A stretch of DNA of 64,000 nucleotides from IMG/VR virus record IMGVR_UViG_3300035522_000179, positions 128,001 through 192,000 of that record; one strand, written 5' to 3'. Shown here piece after piece: positions 49,483 through 59,275 of this stretch. The stretch comes from a virus. Taxonomy: Duplodnaviria; Caudoviricetes. Both the position numbers and the translations under genes were made by a program. The notes below the pieces were generated by a model that ran no database searches, was not told the origin of the DNA, and worked only from the letters and a program-made list of their open reading frames with translations. Numbering within the stretch: the stretch's first letter is position 1; each line of letters starts with the position of its first letter.

Positions 49483-49599
49483 TTTTATCTCCTTTCTAAT
49501 GCATGTAATACAAATAAATATTACATCATTATATTTCCTGTCAAAAATCGATATTTTTAAGGGATGTATGATATAAATACATCCCTTAAAATAAGTAAC

Positions 49600-51933
49600 T
49601 TAATCAATTTCTACATTGATCAAATCCACTTCAGAAGTAATCTCTTCCATAGATTTAATCTCTTTTCTTACAGGTTCTACTTCAGTGCAATTCACGAAGA
49701 AATCTTTCTTATCGTCCCAAGCACCAATAAAGTACTTTCTAGATTCAATCTCTTCATCAATCATTTCCTGAAGCTCATCGTTGTTTAAGATTCCATACTC
49801 ATGCAAAATCTCTTCCGCAATTTCATTTCTTCTATCCAGAAGATATTTTTCGTACGGAGTACAGATACAACTTTTTCCGTTACTCAGTTCAAAGAACTCC
49901 AATTCATCCGAAGAGAGTTCCACAAGATCATCATCAGAATCTAAGAAGTTAATCTCAAATCCCAAAGACTTTAAAATAATCTCAAAGAACTCTGCCACAC
50001 GAGAATCATAAGACTTGTCAACATCAATCACCGGCTTATTACTAAGCAGTGCTTTTCCGAGATCTCTACGACCTTTTACAGAAGTTCGATACAGTGCATG
50101 AATTAATACCACCTCTTCAGGCATACATCCGATTGAAAAATTCAATGTTTCGAATTCTCCGAAGCGTATAGCCGTTGAAGAGAATAGGTCTTTATGAGAT
50201 TTCGACTTGTAACTTCTTTCTGGTATTCCTTTTGCATTTACAGCTCCAATTCCTCTTACACTGAATCCTTTCTTTGCTGTTTGTTTCAGCATCAAGATGT
50301 ACATATTTGCGATATAAGAAGGTTCGATACATTGTATCTCTCTACCAAACTTTTGTATGTACATTGTATCCGGTGCTAGTAGATCTTTGTATTTCTCCCG
50401 GATAGCATCAAGTCTGTAGAAGATTGGTGATTCTTCTGTCATAGACGGTTGATGGAAATGAATTTTATGATTCATACAATAATCCATCCACGCTTGTTTC
50501 TGCTTAGTAGATAAATTCTTATACTTATCCTTTAAATACTTCGCTTCTTTGGAGTTGAACATGGTAAGAACATCGAAATAGATTTTCTCACGTTCTTTCA
50601 ATGTAGTAAGTTGTGTTCTCATATATTCACTGATTCGTTTTCCAATGAAGTTTGTAGCAAGTTCAAAGATTGGTGCGGCAGTGGTTCTATTGACAATTGC
50701 TAACAGATTCAAGATTAACTGTACATGAACTTTATTTCCATCTGCATTATAGTAATACGGCATATCCTCTTTCTTACGAATCTGAGATATAACAGATTTG
50801 TTTCCACTTCGTCCAGTAATCTTTTGACCAACTGAAGGACCAACTTCCCTTTCCACTAGGATGTGAACCTGAACATTGGAGAAAGCACTGTCTTTTTCTT
50901 TCCATTTCTTTTTCAAATCCAACATCTCGTTTGCTCTCTTGTAAAGATAATCTATATCCGCTGAGTAATCCTCTCCGGAAGCAAAGATCTCTTCACAAGT
51001 TTCTACAATCTTGGTATAGTATTCATTCTGAGCTACCCAGTAAGTATAAATCTGGTGATAGAAAGAATTATCCTGCAAGTCCTCATTATTGCAATAGATA
51101 TCAATATCCATCACTTTTCCTTTCAGATAATACTTTGTATCCGTATCAAGTACTTTAGAAAGCATATCTGCCTTAAAATCATGGAGGACTTGGTTGTTAA
51201 TCTTTCTTCTGGAAGCTACCAAGATACCATTGGATTCCTCTCCGATGTCTGGGAAGGTTTTGTAATTTACTTCATCTCCATACAGATTTAACGGATAATC
51301 ATTGTCGTTAAAGGTTGCAATGTTTTCTTCCGATTCGGTACAAACCAGTTTATCCATCAAATCATCAGAGATGACTGCAGCGTCCTCAGATGTATAGGGA
51401 TCCAAAGAATACATGGTCACCACATCTCTTCCATAAGAGTAGTTCATACTCTGGTCATAAGAAACGGATTTGTATGCAACGGTTCCCTGATCGATTTCTT
51501 GCCCCTCAACAAAGGAGTCAATCATCTCGTTGTTATTCCGATATCCGTATACTTCGGATAAATTCTCTAGGGGTTTTCTTTCCAATACCTCATACCGATT
51601 CTTCTTTTTGTTAAAGAGAAACAGTTTGTAAACTGTAGGATTTTCTACCAATCCCTCGAACTTTACAATCTTTCGAAAGATAATAGATTCGTCCAATACT
51701 TTGTAGGAGGTATTGTGCTTTCCTACCACATTTTCTCCACCAGAAAAGAACTGGGGGAAATCAGAATAAAGCTGCGTCTTAAACTGATTTAAGTGAGAAG
51801 CAAACATGACACTTCTCATACTATTTACGTATTGCGGGAATGTCAACATTCCTTTTCCTTCAATGGAAGGATCGCCGCGATATTTCTCGTCGGCTGCTAA
51901 TAATTCCTCTCGTAAATTATACTTCTCTTTCAT
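49600..51933 (-). CDS. RNA polymerase beta C-terminal half, probably non-virion RNAP
   Basis: RSVMFASHLNQ, TSEDAAVIS, GQKITGRSGNKSVIS, LNLLAIVNR, YILMLKQ, RFGEFE; early-motif variant CATATTAT at 51972-51979. Confidence 0.9.
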   Translation of the reverse strand: MKEKYNLREELLAADEKYRGDPSIEGKGMLTFPQYVNSMRSVMFASHLNQFKTQLYSDFPQFFSGGENVVGKHNTSYKVLDESIIFRKIVKFEGLVENPTVYKLFLFNKKKNRYEVLERKPLENLSEVYGYRNNNEMIDSFVEGQEIDQGTVAYKSVSYDQSMNYSYGRDVVTMYSLDPYTSEDAAVISDDLMDKLVCTESEENIATFNDNDYPLNLYGDEVNYKTFPDIGEESNGILVASRRKINNQVLHDFKADMLSKVLDTDTKYYLKGKVMDIDIYCNNEDLQDNSFYHQIYTYWVAQNEYYTKIVETCEEIFASGEDYSADIDYLYKRANEMLDLKKKWKEKDSAFSNVQVHILVEREVGPSVGQKITGRSGNKSVISQIRKKEDMPYYYNADGNKVHVQLILNLLAIVNRTTAAPIFELATNFIGKRISEYMRTQLTTLKEREKIYFDVLTMFNSKEAKYLKDKYKNLSTKQKQAWMDYCMNHKIHFHQPSMTEESPIFYRLDAIREKYKDLLAPDTMYIQKFGREIQCIEPSYIANMYILMLKQTAKKGFSVRGIGAVNAKGIPERSYKSKSHKDLFSSTAIRFGEFETLNFSIGCMPEEVVLIHALYRTSVKGRRDLGKALLSNKPVIDVDKSYDSRVAEFFEIILKSLGFEINFLDSDDDLVELSSDELEFFELSNGKSCICTPYEKYLLDRRNEIAEEILHEYGILNNDELQEMIDEEIESRKYFIGAWDDKKDFFVNCTEVEPVRKEIKSMEEITSEVDLINVEID

Positions 51934-52031
51934 AATAGTGTAATTACCCCTTTCTAAGTCGTTCTCAATTTATAATATGTGATTATAAATATAAAACGAA
52001 GATTATTTGATTGTGAAAGAGAAAATAAAAA

Positions 52032-52068
52032 AGAAAAGGTGTATACGCAAAACGTATACACCTTTTCT
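52032..52068 (-). terminator. intrinsic terminator
   Basis: AGAAAAGGTGTATACG / CGTATACACCTTTTCT. Confidence 0.8.
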
Positions 52069-53307
52069 CTAAACGATATCCCAATCAACAATATCATTTT
52101 CCCTGCCTCTTCGAAGTAATTCTTCTTTTACTCGAAGATGTCTGGCTTTTAAAGATTTTTCATCTTTTAACTCAAATACTTTGGAAAGAATCACGGGATC
52201 GGTTTCCCGTGCAAATACCTTCATAAAGTTGATCAATTGTTGAGTTGCAACAACGGATACTCTTACTCCTTTCTTCGGAAAGGGACCAAACTCGGATCGA
52301 ATTTGTTTCACTTCTTCATCGACTTCATTCTTCTTAGGAGCAATCTCTTCAGGAATTTCAATCTTGCTGATTGCTTCATCTTCCGATGAGTACACTGTTT
52401 CGTTTATCTCTCCTTCTGAAATTGGATAAGGTTTTGTGTATTGTGTTGGTCTCATATGAAGCAGTGCTTCTTCTTCCGGAGTAAATTTCAGATCCGAAAG
52501 AATCGGATCTTTCGTAAGCAGATTTTTTGTCTCCTGGTAGGTTCCAGGTTTATCCTTTCTCCGTTTCACATGTCTGTTTTTCTTTTTCTTGGAAACTGGA
52601 GATTGAGAAGTAGTTACCCTCTCCTTATTTGATTCATTCTTTACCGGCATTGGTTCTTGAGGTTTCGGAAGCTTCATAATTTCTCTGTTATGAAGATTTC
52701 TTTTACAAGCTGCAGAAGCAGAGGATAATGCGCCATCCACAAAACAAATGGTTTGGACTTGTGTTTTCTCTCCTTCCGCAAAAACGTCTCTTCCATCTGC
52801 ATAAAGAATCCGGTCGGTTCCTCTCGCATACGGGAAACGAATATAACTAATCTCATGATTCTTCATGAATTTGAGTTTGTATTCTTTTATGTCCTCCTTG
52901 ACTTTTTCATATTCTTCTTCATCGGATGCAATGATTGCTCTACTGGATCGAACGAACAAATCAAATACTTCATCCGGGCATACGGAATAAATTGAGGTAT
53001 GAAATTCGATTGCATCACTTAACGTAATCGTTTTTATGTTTCCAGGGTTAATGAAAGATATCCAACTAGAAGACATATCCGTATTGGAAATCTGAAAGAT
53101 TGGAATATCCATTTCATTACTCGGTGAAGTATAAAGCGGACAGTACGTAATCTTCGTTCCAAATTTTCCATAATCTAGCATATTGGAATCACTTACAATT
53201 AGGCACGGTCTTTCTTTATTCTCTGGTTTGATCCCTCTCACAATCGTTCTTTTGGCAAGACCATGTGCCATACCAAAATATTGGTTTAATTGATATTCAT
53301 GTGACAT
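52069..53307 (-). CDS. protein with N-terminal PemK/MazF-like domain and long C-terminal extension
   Basis: KERPCLIVSD.N...ITYCPLYTS...IKTI matches the RP.LVVS...V.P.TS...I.TI pattern. Confidence 0.5.
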   Translation of the reverse strand: MSHEYQLNQYFGMAHGLAKRTIVRGIKPENKERPCLIVSDSNMLDYGKFGTKITYCPLYTSPSNEMDIPIFQISNTDMSSSWISFINPGNIKTITLSDAIEFHTSIYSVCPDEVFDLFVRSSRAIIASDEEEYEKVKEDIKEYKLKFMKNHEISYIRFPYARGTDRILYADGRDVFAEGEKTQVQTICFVDGALSSASAACKRNLHNREIMKLPKPQEPMPVKNESNKERVTTSQSPVSKKKKNRHVKRRKDKPGTYQETKNLLTKDPILSDLKFTPEEEALLHMRPTQYTKPYPISEGEINETVYSSEDEAISKIEIPEEIAPKKNEVDEEVKQIRSEFGPFPKKGVRVSVVATQQLINFMKVFARETDPVILSKVFELKDEKSLKARHLRVKEELLRRGRENDIVDWDIV

Positions 53308-53374
53308 AAGTATTCTCCTTTCTTTTTATATAGAAAAGGGAAGTATGGAATCTACTTCCATACCCCCACTTTTT

Positions 53375-54658
53375 TTAATAATCCATTTCTTCAGGAACCA
53401 CTTCCAACTCTTCCTGTTCGATACTAGAGAGTTTGGATTCCAATTCCGGACGAATATTATCAAAGAGAATCTTATAAAGGTTCTTTCTTACCCGGAACTC
53501 ATGATGAAGATTCTTCAAAGAGAATTTATCATCTTTATCGGAGTTAAAATAAAAGCAGTTCTTATTTCCACCGGTAAGTCCAAGATCTTTTGCAAAGTTG
53601 ATAGAAGAACGGAGGGTATCAATTCCTCTTACCTTATCATACACCAGATTTACAAATCGACCTGCCTGGTTTCCTCTGGATTTAATTACCAAAACTCTTA
53701 CACCAAATCCATCGAATCCATCGTCTTCTTCGTTGTATTTCTCTGATCCAACAGCGATAAACTTTAACAGAATATGACATAAGAACTGAGGAGATTTTCC
53801 CCCAGGCAATGCCTCATCCGGAGACAGATAAAAAATCTCAGAGGGTTCATGCGTAAATCCAAGTTGGGGTTTTGCTTTAATCTGGTTGATGCAAAGCAAA
53901 ATAATATTTGCTCTTCTTAAATAAGGAAGAATCTCATTAAAGAATCTTCCAATCTCTCCAGTGATTCTCATTCGTTCTGTCTGGCTACCAACCTCTTCCA
54001 ATCGAGCGACATCCTTTTTGTCATTCTCATTAAATCCAACAGACATGGATGCAATGGAATCAATGATGCATACCGTGGGTTCGAATACTTCAATTTCTTC
54101 TCCAAACTCATTTAACTTACCAGTTTTATAACGATATTTGTCGGGGTTTCTCGTCTTCTCAAAGTAAATATCCATGATAGACTTCTTAATGTCGTTAATC
54201 GTGGTAAGCTCTTGTCTTAAGATATATTTACCAGCTTTCATCTGAGTCATGGTAAATTTCGTTAAGTTCTGAATACGAGAATAGTTCATTGCCTGCTCCA
54301 TATCAAAGTGCACAATGATTCCATTCTCAAATGGTCTTACAATGTTTGCAGCAATCTGTACTGCAGTGGTTGTCTTTGAGGTACTAGGTTTTCCAATAAA
54401 GGTTACCATGCATCCTCCAGTGATTCCAATCGACGGATAGGAATCGATGACTTCGTCATCATCATTATAGACATTCACCCGATATCCCAAGTAATAATCT
54501 AACTGGGGAATACCTGTCTTGTAGGTGACAACCGAAGCATTTCTCTCAAAATAATTCTCACCTTTCTTTCCGGTTCCCTGCAAATTGGAAACCAGATCAA
54601 TTGTCTTTTTTGGTTTATTTACCAAATCTTCTTCTTCGATTTCTTTCTTGGTTGCCAT
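53375..54658 (-). CDS. uvsX: UvsX/RecA-like recombinase
   Basis: TGIPQLD, GKPSTSKTT, FDMEQA, IIDSIA, INQ, PGG; promoter variant TACA-N6-TA at 54684-54695. Confidence 0.9.
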   Translation of the reverse strand: MATKKEIEEEDLVNKPKKTIDLVSNLQGTGKKGENYFERNASVVTYKTGIPQLDYYLGYRVNVYNDDDEVIDSYPSIGITGGCMVTFIGKPSTSKTTTAVQIAANIVRPFENGIIVHFDMEQAMNYSRIQNLTKFTMTQMKAGKYILRQELTTINDIKKSIMDIYFEKTRNPDKYRYKTGKLNEFGEEIEVFEPTVCIIDSIASMSVGFNENDKKDVARLEEVGSQTERMRITGEIGRFFNEILPYLRRANIILLCINQIKAKPQLGFTHEPSEIFYLSPDEALPGGKSPQFLCHILLKFIAVGSEKYNEEDDGFDGFGVRVLVIKSRGNQAGRFVNLVYDKVRGIDTLRSSINFAKDLGLTGGNKNCFYFNSDKDDKFSLKNLHHEFRVRKNLYKILFDNIRPELESKLSSIEQEELEVVPEEMDY

Positions 54659-54715
54659 TTAAGCACTTCCTTTCTCTATGAATTAGAGAAATGTAAAAAA
54701 AGAAATAGAAAAAGA

Positions 54716-54752
54716 GGTAAGAAGTGATGAAATAAAATCATCACTTCTTACC
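54716..54752 (-). terminator. hairpin terminator
   Basis: GGTAAGAAGTGATGA / TCATCACTTCTTACC. Confidence 0.7.
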
Positions 54753-54758
54753 GAAGGT

Positions 54759-55097
54759 TTAAAAGGTAAATCGATACCCGTCTTTTGCAGAAGAGCTCAT
54801 ACCTTTTTCCAAAATTCCGAGAAGTTCCAGTCTGTCAATGGCTTCTTTTACTTTCTTCTTTTTGATTAAGAGTTCTTCTGAAATCACAGACGGAGAAACC
54901 GTAAGAAAGTTCAAAGGGTCTTTGTTATTCCTTTGGGTTTTTCTCCTCTCATAATTATAACCATTCAAAATGGTTACTAAGTACATGAAGACTCTCAACT
55001 CTTCTTTTGATAAGTCTTCGTTTACGATGATATCTCGAAATCTTTGTTTCGGAATATGCGTCGTGTCACTGTATTGCGTGATCTCTATGGTTGCCAT
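54759..55097 (-). CDS. winged helix-turn-helix DNA-binding protein
   Basis: LSKEELRVFMYL...SPSVISEELLIKKKKVKEAIDRLELLGILE. Confidence 0.65.
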   Translation of the reverse strand: MATIEITQYSDTTHIPKQRFRDIIVNEDLSKEELRVFMYLVTILNGYNYERRKTQRNNKDPLNFLTVSPSVISEELLIKKKKVKEAIDRLELLGILEKGMSSSAKDGYRFTF

Positions 55098-55128
55098 CGC
55101 AATTCTCCTTTCGTGTTTATCTATGAAA

Positions 55129-55136
55129 ATAATATA
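55129..55136 (-). promoter_or_regulatory. putative early promoter TATATTAT
   Basis: Exact motif. Confidence 0.6.
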
Positions 55137-55156
55137 GCTTTCAAATAGAATCTCGT

Positions 55157-56344
55157 TTATAAAACCAACGTGATTTTATCGGATGCTCTGGTAACCATGG
55201 TATAAAGACTTTTCTTTTGGAAATCTTTATCTCCATAGAGTTCTGCAAGTGCTGTTACATTCTCCCACTGAGAACCCTGTGCGGAATACACGGTGATGGC
55301 ATTTGCAAACTCGAAGATATCCAACCGGTCAAATGGATTTCCAAGTTGCGCTTCTGGGTGTTTATAACTCATCAGTGCTTTATAGTCAATTAAAAGATTT
55401 CGGAAAGTCTTTGTAGTAAAGTCTGGTTGGAAATCAATCTTTATGGATTTTCCATTGTAAGATTCTCGATCCACATAAGTAACATAACCAACAGTTCCAT
55501 TGGTTAAAAAGAGATTATCTCCTACACTCTTCTTCCAGTTATTTCTTCTACAGATGATCTTCTCTCCCACATAAGGAAATTCCTGTCTTGCATAAGCATA
55601 GTATTCTTCTCTAAAAATCTTATTAATTTCATGTCTGAGTGCATTAGTTCCACTTAAAATAATATCACTGCTCTTTAAAGTGTACTCATTCAAATCTTTC
55701 TTACGAATGATTGCACTCTTTCCATAAATTCCAAACTTCAAATCATATCCATCTAAGATACGATGAGCAATATAGATAATCGGGTCGTCTTCTGCCTGTC
55801 TCATCAGTTTTCTTAACGTGACATTTGGATTCACCAAGAATACGGATTTTCCAAAGACAGGAGGTAACTGATTGGTATCCCCTAATGCAAAGATGGGAAT
55901 CCCAAAAGATTCAATCACGCTTTTCATTTCCTGATTTACCATCGTTGCCTCATCAATACAAATTGCTTTGTAACTCTTATCCAGATATTCTTTCGGTTTG
56001 AATACCATCTTCTTTTTGATTTTTCCATTTGGTAAAATAATCAAACTTCCATTTTCATCCCTATCTGGTTCTTTACAAAACTCATAGAATGCTGAGTGAC
56101 AGGTTCTTGCAGGCAATCCGTTTCTGGATAACTGCGTTGCTGCTTTTCCTGTATATGCCACAAACAAAACATCCTTTAAAGGATTCAAACCAATCTTTTG
56201 TAAGATGTATTTGATGGAAGTAGTTTTTCCGGTTCCAGCTGCTCCTGAGATTTCAAATATCTGATCAGAAGAAGCAGACTTCCACCATTTCTCAGCTTCA
56301 TAAGAAGCAAATATTTGATCGGAGTTTAATTCAATGGCTCCCAT
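55157..56344 (-). CDS. SF1B helicase, Dda/RecD-like
   Basis: GAAGTGKT, AYTGKAA, IDEATMV, GDTNQLPPV, RQA, AITVYSAQGSQW, YTMVTRA. Confidence 0.9.
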   Translation of the reverse strand: MGAIELNSDQIFASYEAEKWWKSASSDQIFEISGAAGTGKTTSIKYILQKIGLNPLKDVLFVAYTGKAATQLSRNGLPARTCHSAFYEFCKEPDRDENGSLIILPNGKIKKKMVFKPKEYLDKSYKAICIDEATMVNQEMKSVIESFGIPIFALGDTNQLPPVFGKSVFLVNPNVTLRKLMRQAEDDPIIYIAHRILDGYDLKFGIYGKSAIIRKKDLNEYTLKSSDIILSGTNALRHEINKIFREEYYAYARQEFPYVGEKIICRRNNWKKSVGDNLFLTNGTVGYVTYVDRESYNGKSIKIDFQPDFTTKTFRNLLIDYKALMSYKHPEAQLGNPFDRLDIFEFANAITVYSAQGSQWENVTALAELYGDKDFQKKSLYTMVTRASDKITLVL

Positions 56345-56362
56345 GTCTGGTCTTCCTTTCTT

Positions 56363-56770
56363 TTATACATCAGTTATTTCTATAGATCCTGCTAAGGAAC
56401 TAATTCTTCTGATTGCTTCCTCAGGTGTATGACCATCCCATTTCGGGGCTCTCTCCAATTCCTTTACATGGAACATATCCCAGTAAGGTTCAATATCATA
56501 ATGATACGTTGCTGGACCCTCTGGTGTATCAATCCCAACGATAAACATTCCGTCATACATATCCCCGGTATCATGCCGCAAGGATTTCCAAGCCGAATCT
56601 TTAAATAAACTGCATATCACAGAAAATAATACCGCTCTATGATGATACAACTCATCAAAGGTATGATACCCATCCGATACCTTTCCAGTTTTTGTAAGGA
56701 GCTTATTGATTTCAATTATTCCATTTTCATTTTTACAAATTCTTTCTACTTCATTTTCTACAAAACTCAT
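56363..56770 (-). CDS. WDGH-motif conserved phage protein
   Basis: DGYHTFDELYHHR ... WDGHT; promoter variant AACG-N6-TA at 56799-56810. Confidence 0.75.
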   Translation of the reverse strand: MSFVENEVERICKNENGIIEINKLLTKTGKVSDGYHTFDELYHHRAVLFSVICSLFKDSAWKSLRHDTGDMYDGMFIVGIDTPEGPATYHYDIEPYWDMFHVKELERAPKWDGHTPEEAIRRISSLAGSIEITDV

Positions 56771-56853
56771 TTTCATTTCTCCTTTCATGGATTTTTGTTA
56801 GTACAACGTTAAAAAACAAATAGATTGCTACTAGAAATTTCAGGAATAAAATT

Positions 56854-56865
56854 GACATTCTTATA
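56854..56865 (+). promoter_or_regulatory. putative late promoter GACA-TTCTTA-TA
   Basis: Exact motif. Confidence 0.65.
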
Positions 56866-56892
56866 AGTCATATAGAAAGGGGAACTAAAAAG

Positions 56893-57924
56893 ATGGCTAA
56901 GAAAGATTGTACGCTTTTTGGATTTATCGGTCAGGTCTGTAAAGATCTGTCAGATAACATGAAAGAAGATGGTGGAACGATTCCTACAACAGAAGATGTA
57001 AAATCCTTGGTAAGTGAAATTGTTACCGAGACTTATATACATTCTTTGTCTGCTAAAGTAGATGCTCCTACGATCGAGACGATTGATGGTGCTACCTATG
57101 TATTTGCAAATGGTACACCGGTTACGATTGAAGCAAGAGAAGATGGTGAAGACGGTGCAATCATTAAGTGGAATGGTGGAGAGGAAGTTGTAACTCCCAA
57201 CACCAATGTATTTGGTGGTAGACACGATGATGATACCTACACCAATTCAAATATTACTGTCAATGGTGGTTATGTGAATAACGTTGTTGGTGGTGGACTT
57301 CATAAGTCTCACACGGTTTCTGCAACGATTCATATGAATGGTGGTAAAGTCAAAGGAATCAATGGTGGTGGTTGTTCTTCTCTTACAAAGAAGTGTGGAT
57401 GTGAGAATGCAACTACTTGGTATGCTGGAGATCCGAAGGAGAGTCCTTGTGTAACTGAAGAAGCAAATATCGTTCTTCTTGGTGGAACCTCTACTTCCCT
57501 TGTCTTTGGCGGTGGTGAAGGAATCTCCTATACGAAGAAAGCTTCCATTACCGTTGGTGGAACCTTCGAGGCTTACTATCTGACCGTTGGTGGAAGCAAT
57601 GGTGAGACAACCGTTGGTTCTGTTGTTGTCAATGGTGGTAAGATTAAAGTCCTTCAGGGAATTAACCGTGGTAACATGGAGCAGATCAACATCGTTGTTA
57701 ATGGTGGTAAGATTGAGTCTGCTTATGCTGGTGGCGAGGTTCCCTTCGTTGGAACTTCTGAGAAACCTAATGGTAATGATGCTAGTGGTAGCTTTACAAA
57801 ATCTACCATGGAGATCAATGGTGGAACCATTACGACTCTTTCTCTTGGTGGAAATAACTATCAGGCGATTGAAGAGGGAACTGAAGAGGCAAATGCCGTT
57901 ACGCTTGTCGATAATCGTAAGTAA
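56893..57924 (+). CDS. Gly-rich beta-helix repeat protein, putative virion surface/adhesin
   Basis: Repeated I.VNGG.V...GG units. Confidence 0.6.
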   Translation: MAKKDCTLFGFIGQVCKDLSDNMKEDGGTIPTTEDVKSLVSEIVTETYIHSLSAKVDAPTIETIDGATYVFANGTPVTIEAREDGEDGAIIKWNGGEEVVTPNTNVFGGRHDDDTYTNSNITVNGGYVNNVVGGGLHKSHTVSATIHMNGGKVKGINGGGCSSLTKKCGCENATTWYAGDPKESPCVTEEANIVLLGGTSTSLVFGGGEGISYTKKASITVGGTFEAYYLTVGGSNGETTVGSVVVNGGKIKVLQGINRGNMEQINIVVNGGKIESAYAGGEVPFVGTSEKPNGNDASGSFTKSTMEINGGTITTLSLGGNNYQAIEEGTEEANAVTLVDNRK

Positions 57925-57925
57925 T

Positions 57926-57964
57926 AAGAAAAGAGGTATACGAATTTCGTATACCTCTTTTCTT
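57926..57964. terminator. bidirectional terminator
   Basis: AAGAAAAGAGGTATACGA / TCGTATACCTCTTTTCTT. Confidence 0.85.
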
Positions 57965-59217
57965 TACATTTTTCTTAGTTCAATTGCTCCAGCAATCTGG
58001 AAATCACCAGTAGCATTCTCATTCAAGAATTTATACGTAACTGAAGTTAAGAAATAAGTTCCATTGTATTTATTTCCAATGCTTCCATCTTCAAATACCA
58101 AAGTCATCTTTTTGTTTGGAGCAAGAGCAGAGATATCAAAGTCTGCTATGGTTCCACTCACGACGACGGAGGAAGAAGATGTCTGTGCAGTATAAGTAGA
58201 ACCTAACCACTCATTATCGGTTGTATTTTCAATCACTGCTTTATTTGAACTTCCATTGGTCACCGTATTACTTGATGAAGTTGTAGTGGTTCCATCGGTT
58301 GCGTTTACTACCACAGCATCTGTTCCTTTTAATACATCGGTGGATACGGATTTATTAGAAAACGTAACTTTATCGTATTGCCAAGCAATGTAATACTTAT
58401 CGTTGCTATCATTATCCACACTTCCTGCATTTGCAGTATTGTCCGATTCTGGAAGAGGGATTAAGAAAACCGTTTCTTGTTTTTCTCCACTTTCATATGC
58501 AGTACATCCACCTTTGTATTTCAGGATGTAACTTCTTAAAAAATCAAAAAAGATAATGGATCCAGTTTTGTAAAAACCATAATAAGCATCCAGATGTGCA
58601 AGGCATCTGCTTACTGTAAGCGGAGGAAGTAGCATAGTATCATAGGTCTTGTTATTCTCCAAAGGACTAATCAAACAGTTGTTAATTCCTCCTTTGGTCA
58701 GTAGATACCCAATTGCAGATGTGAGTGTGGTATTTACTAGGACTTCATTAATCTGGGTTTTCATTGTCGTTGCTACTTCTTCTCTATATAAATACAACTC
58801 TAATTCATTCTGTGGTTCCTTCAAATTGTAAGTACTATCGGTTTGCGTTTGATTTTTTAACAATAACTGACTGGAATCTCTTTGAATATTTAAATCGTCT
58901 TCAATGGTTGCAAAAGTTGCATTGATAAAATCTTTTCTAGGAGAGTTATAAGTTTTCTCCGGATTTTGAAAATACTTTTGAAGATTCAAATTAATCTTTA
59001 ATGTCGTTTTGTTTTGGGAAGCTGCATAATAAACTTCATTGTCCAATAAGAAAACGACTTTTAAAATCGAAAATGTATTAGTAAGAAAATCTGATTCGAT
59101 CTCAATGGAAGAAACGTTTCGCCCTTCCAACGAATAGGACTTTCCATTGATAATCATTGTGCAAGCATTTACTACGTATCTCCATTTCTGGATTGCACTT
59201 GGATTAAATAATGCCAT
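57964..59217 (-). CDS. putative baseplate hub-like structural protein
   Basis: 417 aa beta-rich; C-terminal L.P.K...F....Y.G.Y.LTSV.Y.F pattern of hub proteins; own late promoter. Confidence 0.5.
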   Translation of the reverse strand: MALFNPSAIQKWRYVVNACTMIINGKSYSLEGRNVSSIEIESDFLTNTFSILKVVFLLDNEVYYAASQNKTTLKINLNLQKYFQNPEKTYNSPRKDFINATFATIEDDLNIQRDSSQLLLKNQTQTDSTYNLKEPQNELELYLYREEVATTMKTQINEVLVNTTLTSAIGYLLTKGGINNCLISPLENNKTYDTMLLPPLTVSRCLAHLDAYYGFYKTGSIIFFDFLRSYILKYKGGCTAYESGEKQETVFLIPLPESDNTANAGSVDNDSNDKYYIAWQYDKVTFSNKSVSTDVLKGTDAVVVNATDGTTTTSSSNTVTNGSSNKAVIENTTDNEWLGSTYTAQTSSSSVVVSGTIADFDISALAPNKKMTLVFEDGSIGNKYNGTYFLTSVTYKFLNENATGDFQIAGAIELRKM

Positions 59218-59242
59218 AGTATTCCGTCCTTTCTATAAAAAA

Positions 59243-59275
59243 ATAACCTTAGGAAATTGTCTTTCCTAAGGTTAT
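59243..59275 (-). promoter_or_regulatory. terminator hairpin with embedded late promoter GACA-ATTTCC-TA (59250-59261)
   Basis: ATAACCTTAGGAAA / TTTCCTAAGGTTAT inverted repeat; the motif spans the loop and downstream arm. Confidence 0.65.

Noticed and set aside
49483-49599. Early promoter for the paralogue array
   Set aside because: The AT-rich region has no exact TATATTAT; only the hairpin TTTAAGGGATGTAT/ATACATCCCTTAAA is clear, so no promoter was called
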